Shown: positions 1-7,690 of the stretch, piece by piece
Numbering within the stretch: position 1 is the stretch's first letter
How the letters are laid out: every line of letters starts with the position of its first letter
DNA from: Bdellovibrionales bacterium
GTDB taxonomy: Bacteria > Bdellovibrionota > Bdellovibrionia > Bdellovibrionales > DASUEL01
NCBI GenBank assembly: GCA_050250255.1
Contig: JBFWOZ010000056.1
Coordinates: forward strand, 1 to 16,921
Direction of reading: 5' to 3'
DNA length: 16,921 nucleotides
The notes under the pieces: generated by a model
What the model was told of the DNA's origin: nothing
The model's database searches: none
What the model saw: the letters and a program-made list of their open reading frames with translations, nothing else
Made by a program: the position numbers and the translations under genes

Positions 1-4
1 ATTT

Positions 5-18
5 CGCAAAGCTTTGCG
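5..18. repeat. Perfect 14-bp palindrome CGCAAAGCTTTGCG, 5 bp upstream of the transposase ATG
   Basis: Read directly: self-complementary. Function unknown. Confidence 0.6.
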
Positions 19-23
19 TTCCT

Positions 24-725
24 ATGAGAATCCCTAGGTCCATTCAACTCTTTCCAACCCAAGGACTGGTTCATCAATTTTGGCGCTGCCATAATAAAGA
101 GCATTATTTAAATTCCTCTGAAATGAAAGCCCTCTACCTTCAAAGTTTAAAAGACGCTTTGAAAACCCATAATAAAGAAAGTGCGCTCGAAATCCATGCT
201 TACACTTGTATGGATAATCACTTTCACAATCTCATGAATTATCTCAAAGAAAGCTCGAAACTCTCTTCTTTTTTAAGGCAAGCCCACGCTTTGTTTGGTT
301 CGAGATACAATAGAATCCACAAAAGATCCGGCAAAGTCGCCGAAGGTAGACCTAAAACTTCTTTAATTGAAAATACCGATCACCAGATGCGAGTGCACTT
401 TTATATAGAAGCCAATCCCATAAGGGCCGGAAAATGCAGTGAAAAGAAGTTAAGAGCGTATAAATATTCAAGCTACAGATTCTATGCCTACGGAATAAAA
501 GATGAGTTTACGGAGATTCTAACTATTCCCGATTGGTATATAGCTTTAGGAGGCACGCCTCGGGAAAGGCAAGCAAAGTACCGAAGTTTTTTTCAGGAGT
601 ATTTAAAGGACACGAACTTTACCAATTTCTTTGCCCCTTTTATTGGTTCACCCATTTGGGTATTGAAAACTCAGAAAGTTGCTATTGATCGAGTAAAAGA
701 AGCCGCGCTCATCTCTTCGGCTTGA
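24..725 (+). CDS. REP-associated tyrosine transposase (RAYT)-like HUH endonuclease, IS200/IS605 Y1 superfamily
   Basis: HUH motif in AYTCMDNHFH (H66/H68); catalytic Tyr motif YIEANPIRAG (Y127); YKYSSY (cf. Y.WSSY); N-terminal H..RxxN pattern (HQFWRCHN); C-terminal YIALG...ER...YR extension. No tnpB downstream. Confidence 0.88.
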   Translation: MRIPRSIQLFPTQGLVHQFWRCHNKEHYLNSSEMKALYLQSLKDALKTHNKESALEIHAYTCMDNHFHNLMNYLKESSKLSSFLRQAHALFGSRYNRIHKRSGKVAEGRPKTSLIENTDHQMRVHFYIEANPIRAGKCSEKKLRAYKYSSYRFYAYGIKDEFTEILTIPDWYIALGGTPRERQAKYRSFFQEYLKDTNFTNFFAPFIGSPIWVLKTQKVAIDRVKEAALISSA

Positions 726-984
726 AGAGAAAAATAAAAACATTCTAAATAGTCTAAAGGCGATTTTTTATTTAAGTCGATGGTAAACGTTCGACTAAAA
801 TTCGCAAAATATCCACGAAGCCTTTGCCGAGCCTCTCTTCGTTATCGAAAAAGAAAAAATAAGGCCTACTCGCAGCTTTCTTAAGCTAGAATTACTGAAA
901 GAATCGATAAAGCCAATGAATTTGAAAAGCTTGCCTCCGAAATGCACCTGACTTCAATGGGATAAGCTCCGTCCCTATGAAAGC

Positions 985-3396
985 TTAGGTGGCGAAGCCG
1001 CGGTTTCGGCCGAGCTTTTTGGCTTGGCGGAGATGGGATTCTGCGGTTTGCAGAACGTCTGAGACTGTTGGAAATTTTTCGGAAGAGCCGGAGACCACGC
1101 CAACACTGCACGACACTGTATAAGTCGCGCCTCCGGTGAGATTTGGGATTTGGCAACTGCGGATCTTGACCATGATTTGATCTAACATTTGTAAGGCTTG
1201 CATCGCATCTACCTGAGGCATGAAAAGTGCGAACTCTTCTCCACCGTAACGAATCGCGAGATGTTTCTCTTTACAAAATTCTTTTAGAATCTTTGCAAGC
1301 TTTATTAAAACTTGGTCTCCCTGCGAATGTCCGTGCGTGCTGTTGAACTTTTTAAAATGGTCCACATCTAAAAGCAGGAGAGAAAAAGTTTGTCCCGCTT
1401 TTAAAACATCTTCTACTTTACGTTGTAAATAGCGATGAGTGTGAAGGCCCGTGAGCGGATCTTTAAAGGCTTGGTCTGTGATCTGAGCTAACTCTTCGTT
1501 TTTAGAATCTAAAGTATTCGCAAGATGGCGTATGTAATCACTCACAACGCCAATCTCATCACCAGCACGTGTACGATGAAGCTGTGCGGAGTTGCCCGCC
1601 GCCACACTTTCTAAAGAGGCGGTGAGTTTATAAAGTCTTCGCGTAAAGATATAAGAAAACCACTGACCTAAAATCGCCATAAGTACAAAAGTGATCAATG
1701 CAAAAATAAGAATATGCGGCTTTACGCCGCTGGATTCTTGATGATTTAAACTAAAATCGCTATAGAACACGAGGCCTGTCGACGATTTTTTGTAGGCAAG
1801 ATGACGTTTTTGATCAGGAGAAGTTACAGAAGAAAATTGTCCTGCCGTAAGACCCGCGACATCTTGAACCACTTGGCTGTCCAAATTCCAATTCTGTAAT
1901 CCCAATGGCTGACCGCCAGCATTTAAAATGGCCAAACGATAGCGAGAAGACGTAGGCAATTGCCACAACGCCCTCAAGTCGACATCAAAAGTGAGGAAAA
2001 GTTTTTTCGAATCGCTCTCCACCACTTTTGTGATCAAAAATGTTTTCTGAGGATTCACATCACCTAAGTTGTTACTAGTAGCCACGTTACGAGCTTGTAC
2101 TAATTGTCCAAAGCTGATTTTTTGATGCGCCATAATTCCCTCTGGAACTTGTTGGCCATACTTCTTCATCGCCTCATCTTTTGAGTGTTGGTACACCAGG
2201 CGGAGCATATGCGTTTCGCTCACCGCTAAATCATACTTTTCTAAAACGAGAGGCTCTTCCTTTACGTTTTTCGAATGTGATTTTTGTTTTTGAGTTGGAC
2301 GTTCAGGAAGTTCTTCCCATCGATAAGCACTCATATGCGCAATCCACGGATTTGCCTGCATAAGAGGATCTAGCGCAGAGTAAGCACCCCAACGGCCGTC
2401 AGGAATCGTCTTTTGTAATGCCGCCATGGCTTGCGCCGTCGTCTCCACGGAATTTTGCAATTGAGTAAATTGGTTTTCCCATTGAGTCGCTACATTTTCT
2501 AAAAACTCTTCTTGGGCCAACAGATTCTGCTGGAGAGAAACGCTTTGGGTTTCGCGCTGTAAGATGAACGAGTAAGCCGAAATCATCATGAGGGCGAGAA
2601 GAATAAAAGCCGCACCCATTTTATTTTGTAACGTGAACTTATGTCCTTTGAGAAAAAACCTTTGATCTCTCACATCAGATTCAAGGAGTTGAGATTTCGT
2701 TCGCGTACCAAAAAACTCTTTTGTAGGTTTAAAAACAGTGATCTCGCTCAATGCGGTAGGTTTAGCTACTGGGGTCTCCGGTGCAGCAACAGGCGTTTCC
2801 GGAGTGCTTGGCTTCTCATCAACTTTTTTGTTCGCGATAGGAAATTGGACTTTCCCCATCATCGGAGAGTAAATATAATTATGATTTAAGCGCGAATTCC
2901 GAACGGGAGGTAGTTGAGACGTATCGGTATCAAGATGCAACTTTCTCTTAAATGTGTCCTCACGAGCCTCTTGGGTCGAAAACGTTTCCGGGAGTTTGGC
3001 TTTTGCGAGCGCGACCGGCACAGAAGGAAAAACATCCATTCCCGGGGCTTGCGCCTCTGAGGTAGATGGCTCTTCCTCTAACTGAAGTTCTTTTTCTGCA
3101 GGATTCGCATCATTAATTTCTTCAAGCGCCAACACCATCACAATGGCATCGCTCAGACGGTAGACATCGTTTGCATGAGTTTTCTGACGAGTTTTGAGAG
3201 GCTCATTGGTTTGAAGACGATCAGGATTGATAATACGCGTGTGAATTTTCCCCGCTTCATTCACAAAGCTCAGATGATAGGTGCCCTTCGCTGTGACTTC
3301 TTCAAAAGCCACATGACTGGAACCCTGCTTCACTTCAACATGAAATATTCCAACGTTGCTCTTAGAATCAACGCAGAACTTTATCTTCACGATCAT
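985..3396 (-). CDS. Membrane-bound diguanylate cyclase (N-terminal cytoplasmic region, TM, periplasmic sensor, TM, HAMP, GGDEF)
   Basis: DPLTGL, LLLLDVDHFKKFN..HGH..GD, RYGGEEF, AKKLGRN motifs; HAMP-like TRRLYKL...DEIGVVS; two hydrophobic helices. The ORF track starts at 3435; ATG 3396 is preferred because of the overlapping promoter candidate. Confidence 0.9.
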   Translation of the reverse strand: MIVKIKFCVDSKSNVGIFHVEVKQGSSHVAFEEVTAKGTYHLSFVNEAGKIHTRIINPDRLQTNEPLKTRQKTHANDVYRLSDAIVMVLALEEINDANPAEKELQLEEEPSTSEAQAPGMDVFPSVPVALAKAKLPETFSTQEAREDTFKRKLHLDTDTSQLPPVRNSRLNHNYIYSPMMGKVQFPIANKKVDEKPSTPETPVAAPETPVAKPTALSEITVFKPTKEFFGTRTKSQLLESDVRDQRFFLKGHKFTLQNKMGAAFILLALMMISAYSFILQRETQSVSLQQNLLAQEEFLENVATQWENQFTQLQNSVETTAQAMAALQKTIPDGRWGAYSALDPLMQANPWIAHMSAYRWEELPERPTQKQKSHSKNVKEEPLVLEKYDLAVSETHMLRLVYQHSKDEAMKKYGQQVPEGIMAHQKISFGQLVQARNVATSNNLGDVNPQKTFLITKVVESDSKKLFLTFDVDLRALWQLPTSSRYRLAILNAGGQPLGLQNWNLDSQVVQDVAGLTAGQFSSVTSPDQKRHLAYKKSSTGLVFYSDFSLNHQESSGVKPHILIFALITFVLMAILGQWFSYIFTRRLYKLTASLESVAAGNSAQLHRTRAGDEIGVVSDYIRHLANTLDSKNEELAQITDQAFKDPLTGLHTHRYLQRKVEDVLKAGQTFSLLLLDVDHFKKFNSTHGHSQGDQVLIKLAKILKEFCKEKHLAIRYGGEEFALFMPQVDAMQALQMLDQIMVKIRSCQIPNLTGGATYTVSCSVGVVSGSSEKFPTVSDVLQTAESHLRQAKKLGRNRGFAT

Positions 3397-3403
3397 ATTG
3401 AAC

Positions 3404-3430
3404 TTTTCGGTTTTGAGCTGTGAAACTAAA
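3404..3430 (-). promoter_or_regulatory. Putative sigma28 (FliA) promoter for the GGDEF gene
   Basis: Minus strand TTTAGTTT-N11-ACCGAAAA versus consensus TAAAGTTT-N11-GCCGATAA (6/8 + 6/8, exact spacing); ATG follows 7 nt later. Confidence 0.55.
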
Positions 3431-3488
3431 AGCATCGTCAGGACGATCGTCGAGAACTCAACAAATAAAATTTAGACACGGTCGTTGC

Positions 3489-4151
3489 TTAGACTCGACC
3501 CTCGAGGATCAAAATGAATTCAGCCTTCTGTTCTTTAAAAGTCTCTGACAATTGCTTAAGGGGTGCATGGAGGATCTGCTCTGTCTCTTGAGTCAAATTG
3601 AGACCCAGTACGGCCTTACGCTCTGGGAAAAGCTGAGCCAACTCCGAAAGGAGTCTAGACAATCGGTAAGGTGTATCCATAAGAACGGTCGCACGCTTTT
3701 CGTTTTTCAAATCACGTAACTGAACTTCACGTTCTGGCTTATCTGAAGAGAGAAAACCTAAAAAAACAAACTGTTTCATCGGAAGTCCGCTCACGCTCAA
3801 AAGGGTCATGAGGCTGGAAGCTCCAGGCACTGGCACCACCGGGATTTTCTTTTGCCGGCAAAGAGCAACAAGTTGCGCACCTGGGTCGCAAAAGCCCGGG
3901 GTTCCGCAGTCGCTGACAAGTGCCACTTTTTTCGTCTCACAAAGCTTCACAAGTTCGGTGAGCTCTTCCTTTTTGGAATGCTCGTTAAGAAATTCGTGAA
4001 ACTTGTTTTGTAGGCCTAAGGTTTTTAAAAACGGGAGAAGCTCACGCTTTTCTTCGCCAATCACGACATCCGCTTCCGTCAAAACTTGACGAGCACGGTC
4101 GGTCAGATCGGCACGGTTTCCAATAGGTATCGCGACAATGTAGAGGCTCAT
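3489..4151 (-). CDS. rsmI: 16S rRNA (cytidine1402-2'-O)-methyltransferase, short form
   Basis: LYIVAIPIGN..DLT.RA, ALVSDCGTPGFCDPG, VVPVPGASS, F.FLGFL, TPYRL motifs; ATGA overlap with ttcA stop. Confidence 0.9.
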   Translation of the reverse strand: MSLYIVAIPIGNRADLTDRARQVLTEADVVIGEEKRELLPFLKTLGLQNKFHEFLNEHSKKEELTELVKLCETKKVALVSDCGTPGFCDPGAQLVALCRQKKIPVVPVPGASSLMTLLSVSGLPMKQFVFLGFLSSDKPEREVQLRDLKNEKRATVLMDTPYRLSRLLSELAQLFPERKAVLGLNLTQETEQILHAPLKQLSETFKEQKAEFILILEGRV

Positions 4152-5023
4152 TCAAATTTCCAAAGATTTTTATCGAGCATGTGGGCTGGCCTGATATTTC
4201 CAAGGCTCGAGAGAAGAGAATTTTTAATAAAAGGAATTTTCTCCTCGAGACTTGTCAGCATATCCTTCACCATTCGTCTCTTATGATCCGTAAAAGCTTC
4301 AGTTCCGCAAGCGAGCGGACACTGACAACACACGATTGGAAACTTCATCAGCTCTGTGTATTCAATGATATCTTTTTCCGAAACATAGACCAGCGGGCGG
4401 ATCACCACATTCTTTTTATCATCAGAGAGAAGCTTCACCGCCATACTCGAGGTGCGACCCACGAAGAATTGGTTCAGCAGCAACGTTTCCACAAAGTCAT
4501 CGAGATGATGGCCAAGCGCAATTTTATTACAGCCAAGCTGTTCCGCAATCCCATAGAGAGATCCGCGACGAAGACGAGAGCAAAGTGAGCACGCAATTGA
4601 GCCGGGAGAACTTTTTTCCTCTACGATCTGAGCGATGTTTTTGTGTTCAGTATAAAATTTAATCCCCTTCATTTCGAGATAGTCCTCGATCACATCTTGA
4701 CGAAATCCTGAATAGCCTTGATCGAGGTTGACGGCCGTGAGCGTGAAGTTAATGGGCGCACGTTTTTGCAACTCATGAATCACATGAAGCATCGTCCACG
4801 AATCTTTCCCGCCGGAAACACCTACGAGAAGATGATCTCCTTCTTCGATAAGGTTAAAGTCTCCAATGGCCCGCCCGACTCCCCGAAAAATCTTTTTCTC
4901 TAATTTTTCATATCGTTCTTCTGGAGAAATATCCTGGGGAATCACATCTTCGGGAGCTATTTGGTTATTCCACGCGAGAATGTTTTTATTGTCGGTGATT
5001 TCTTTTAGAAAAGTCTGTTCCAT
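4148..5023 (-). CDS. ttcA: tRNA 2-thiocytidine(32) synthetase
   Basis: PP-loop SGGKDS, CSLCSRLRRG, KIALGHHLDD, VIRPL and a C-terminal Cys cluster. Confidence 0.93.
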   Translation of the reverse strand: MEQTFLKEITDNKNILAWNNQIAPEDVIPQDISPEERYEKLEKKIFRGVGRAIGDFNLIEEGDHLLVGVSGGKDSWTMLHVIHELQKRAPINFTLTAVNLDQGYSGFRQDVIEDYLEMKGIKFYTEHKNIAQIVEEKSSPGSIACSLCSRLRRGSLYGIAEQLGCNKIALGHHLDDFVETLLLNQFFVGRTSSMAVKLLSDDKKNVVIRPLVYVSEKDIIEYTELMKFPIVCCQCPLACGTEAFTDHKRRMVKDMLTSLEEKIPFIKNSLLSSLGNIRPAHMLDKNLWKFE

Positions 5024-5024
5024 T

Positions 5025-5795
5025 TTATTCCTCTTCTAAAACGTCGTCTAAAATGTAGTGTTGGATTTTCGGTAAATGATCGGGCGCGACGGCCTGACGT
5101 GAATGAGTGCTATCAAAAAAGACCACTTGCACATGGGGGCACTGCTCGAGCACCGGTAAAATATTTGCCGGTTCATTTTCAAAAAACCAAATGGTGCCGT
5201 CGATTTTTTTGAGCGCGTTCGTTTTAAATTCTGCATCGTCAAGGCCCGAGCGCTCTTTCATGATGAGAGTCGCGCCGTTTTCTTCCACTGGAAGATCCCA
5301 CTTTTTCAAAACATCTCGAGTACCTTGGCCCATGCGGAATTCATCGCGGCCCGTGAGATAATAAATCTTTGAACCAACTTGCTGAAGCTTTTGTACAAAC
5401 TCTACCGCCCCTTCATAAGGGTGATCTAACTGAAGGTAAGAGTGACTAAAAAATCTCTCCCGCCAAAATTGGATCAAGATTCGGCGAAGATGCTCCGGCA
5501 AATCCATCAAGCCATGGCGTTCCATAGCTGTGCGCAATCCCCAATCGGTGGGCTGAACTTCCACCAGGGCCAAACGGTCAAAATAAGGCTCATATTGCGC
5601 ATACTGAGGACGAGTTTCTAAAAACTCTTTCAAAATTTGCTGAGACCTTGGAGCCACTTCAAATATAGTCGAATCCAAGTCAAAAACGGCTCGAATCGCG
5701 CGACCATCAAGAGCGGCTACTTTGGCCTCTTTCAAAATTTGGTTCAGTATGGCACTTACCGAGCTCTTCGAGTTACGATGCGTCATGGTGTGCAA
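5025..5795 (-). CDS. HAD-superfamily hydrolase (phosphatase-like)
   Basis: Motif I AVFDLDSTIF, motif II YYLTGR, Lys in EFK, acidic FFENEP. True start may be ATG 5786; the stop lies 1 bp before the ttcA start. Confidence 0.75.
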   Translation of the reverse strand: MHTMTHRNSKSSVSAILNQILKEAKVAALDGRAIRAVFDLDSTIFEVAPRSQQILKEFLETRPQYAQYEPYFDRLALVEVQPTDWGLRTAMERHGLMDLPEHLRRILIQFWRERFFSHSYLQLDHPYEGAVEFVQKLQQVGSKIYYLTGRDEFRMGQGTRDVLKKWDLPVEENGATLIMKERSGLDDAEFKTNALKKIDGTIWFFENEPANILPVLEQCPHVQVVFFDSTHSRQAVAPDHLPKIQHYILDDVLEEE

Positions 5796-5860
5796 GGTAT
5801 CAATTTTCTTAGGATCTGAAAAGTCTTTCTTGGCCCGCTATTCGAACTTTGTTAAGACCG

Positions 5861-5885
5861 TGCCCGTACGACATGCGTACGGGTG
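5861..5885. promoter_or_regulatory. GC-rich hairpin in the divergent HAD/phnD intergenic region
   Basis: CCCGTACG (5863-5870), loop ACATG, CGTACGGG (5876-5883); extendable by two G-U pairs on the + strand; lies just upstream of the phnD RBS (GAAGGGG). Confidence 0.4.
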
Positions 5886-5904
5886 ATAGTTGAAGGGGTG
5901 ATTC

Positions 5905-6885
5905 ATGAAAACGGCGACAAAAGATTCGACGAAAAAATTAGACGTGACCAGCGGTAGTTGTCTGAACGAGAAACTCTTAAAAAAGCTTCTTTTGATTTTT
6001 GGACTTCTTTTAATGTTGAGTCCACTTGTAGGCTGTACAAAAAATTCGGCAGAGATTGGTAGCGAAGGAAACCCTATTAAGTTTTTCCTGGTTCCTTCTG
6101 TGGATGCCAAAACACTCACAGACCGTTCAGTCGTTCTTGAGAAGTATCTCGCCGAACATACTCCATATAAATATAAGTTTGCGATTCCTGCTAGTTACGT
6201 TGCGGTGGTTGAAGCCTTCGGAACAAAACGTGCCGATGTCGCCTCCCTTGCCACTTTTGGATATATCATGGCCCACGATAAACATGGCGTAGAGGCGAAA
6301 ATCACCGTCGTTCGTTTTGGAGCTGACACTTACAAAGCCCAAATCGTCGCGCGCACGGACGGCCCGGTGAAAAAAGTAGAAGACATCACCGGTAAAAAGT
6401 TTGCCTTCGTAGATCCTGCATCGACGAGCGGTTACTTACTTCCTGCAAAACTCTTCGCCGATAAAGGCATTAAACCTAGCGAGACTGTTTTCGCGCAAAA
6501 GCACGACAACGTTATCACGATGGTTTACCAAGGCCAAGTGGCAGCTGGTGCGACCTTCTACACGGAGCCTGAAAAAGGTGTGATTCAAGATGCTCGCCGT
6601 CTTGTGAAAACTCAATTCCCAGATGTTGAGAAAAAAGTAAAAATCGTTGAGTTAACAGATCCTATTCCTAATGACCCGTTTGTATTCCGCAAAGATTTGC
6701 CAGAAGAAGTAAAAGAAAAGATCATTACCGCTCTTCTCGATTTCGCAAAAACCGAAGAAGGTAAAAAAGTGTTGTACGACCTTTACGGAATCACCGATCT
6801 TAAACGTTCTTCAGACGCAACCTACGACAGCGTTAGAGCGTTGCTCACAAAGCTCGGCACTTCTGCAAACCAATTGGTGAAGTAG
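5905..6885 (+). CDS. phnD: Phosphate/phosphite/phosphonate ABC transporter substrate-binding lipoprotein
   Basis: Lipobox LVGC (C44), SYVAVVEAF, GKKFAFVDPASTSGYLLP, HDNVI, PIPNDPFVFRKDLP; RBS GAAGGGG; followed by phnC/phnE homologues. Confidence 0.87.
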   Translation: MKTATKDSTKKLDVTSGSCLNEKLLKKLLLIFGLLLMLSPLVGCTKNSAEIGSEGNPIKFFLVPSVDAKTLTDRSVVLEKYLAEHTPYKYKFAIPASYVAVVEAFGTKRADVASLATFGYIMAHDKHGVEAKITVVRFGADTYKAQIVARTDGPVKKVEDITGKKFAFVDPASTSGYLLPAKLFADKGIKPSETVFAQKHDNVITMVYQGQVAAGATFYTEPEKGVIQDARRLVKTQFPDVEKKVKIVELTDPIPNDPFVFRKDLPEEVKEKIITALLDFAKTEEGKKVLYDLYGITDLKRSSDATYDSVRALLTKLGTSANQLVK

Positions 6886-6889
6886 TTTC

Positions 6890-7663
6890 ATGAACTCTTC
6901 ACCTATTTTATCGATTAAAAATTTAGTCAAAACTTATCCTAATGGAGTGCAAGCTCTCAAAGGTGTGAGTTTTGATGTGCATCCCGGAGAGTTTCTCGTC
7001 ATCATTGGTCTCAGCGGCTCTGGTAAGTCGACGATGCTTCGTTGTATCAACCACTTGAACGATACAACCAGTGGCGAAATCATTTTTAACGGAAAAGACA
7101 TCACTCGTCTCAATTCTACCGACGTGCGCTCTCTTCGTAGACAAATTGCGATGATCTTTCAGCAGTTCAACCTCGTACAGAGACACACGGTTTTAAGTAA
7201 CGTGCTGATGGGCTCTCTTTCTCGCACCAATACTTTCAAAAGCCTTCTCAACTTTTTCTCCGAAGAAGATCAGCAGAAGGCTCGTCACTTTTTGAAGCTT
7301 GTGGGCATTGAAGAGAAGGCGAACATCCGTGCCGATCAACTCTCAGGCGGTCAACAGCAGCGTGTAGCGATTGCTCGTGCGCTCACTCAAGATCCTAAAA
7401 TTTTATTAGCCGACGAGCCTGTAGCAAGCTTAGATCCAGCCACTTGCCATAGCGTAATGGACTACCTTGATAAAGTGAATAAGCAACTTGGCATTACCAT
7501 CATTTGTAACCTTCACTTTTTAAGTCTTGTGAGACAGTACGCCTCCCGCGTGATTGCACTTAAGGGTGGAGAAATTGTTTACAATGGAAGTCCTAAGGAC
7601 ATCTCTACCGAGTGGTTCAAAAAAATCTACGGCGAAGACGCCCGGGAAGTTCATATCAATTAA
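6890..7663 (+). CDS. phnC: Phosphonate-type ABC transporter ATP-binding protein
   Basis: Walker A GLSGSGKS, MIFQQFNLV, VLSNVLMG, LSGGQQQRVAIARAL, LADEPVASLDP, ICNLH. Confidence 0.92.
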   Translation: MNSSPILSIKNLVKTYPNGVQALKGVSFDVHPGEFLVIIGLSGSGKSTMLRCINHLNDTTSGEIIFNGKDITRLNSTDVRSLRRQIAMIFQQFNLVQRHTVLSNVLMGSLSRTNTFKSLLNFFSEEDQQKARHFLKLVGIEEKANIRADQLSGGQQQRVAIARALTQDPKILLADEPVASLDPATCHSVMDYLDKVNKQLGITIICNLHFLSLVRQYASRVIALKGGEIVYNGSPKDISTEWFKKIYGEDAREVHIN

Positions 7664-7690
7664 GTCGGTTTTTCGAGGGGGATTCTACTT

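Noticed and set aside
24..984. IS605/IS607-type element with TnpB or omega-RNA, or a CRISPR array
   Set aside because: No RuvC-type ORF follows the transposase, and no regularly spaced direct repeats were seen in the window.
881..1156. 91-aa minus-strand ORF
   Set aside because: Mostly overlaps the GGDEF C-terminus in another frame; Arg/Ser/Pro-rich, no motif or RBS.
3826..3836. GGCACTGGCAC, resembling part of the palindrome arm
   Set aside because: Only 9 bp shared, and it encodes the conserved VPVP motif of RsmI; likely chance.
5830..5846. Sigma54-like TTGGCCCG-N4-TCGA upstream of phnD
   Set aside because: The -24 box is good, but the -12 reads GA instead of the conserved GC.
5796..5904. 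Pho box upstream of phnD
   Set aside because: No CTGTCAT-like 11-bp-period direct repeat is visible.
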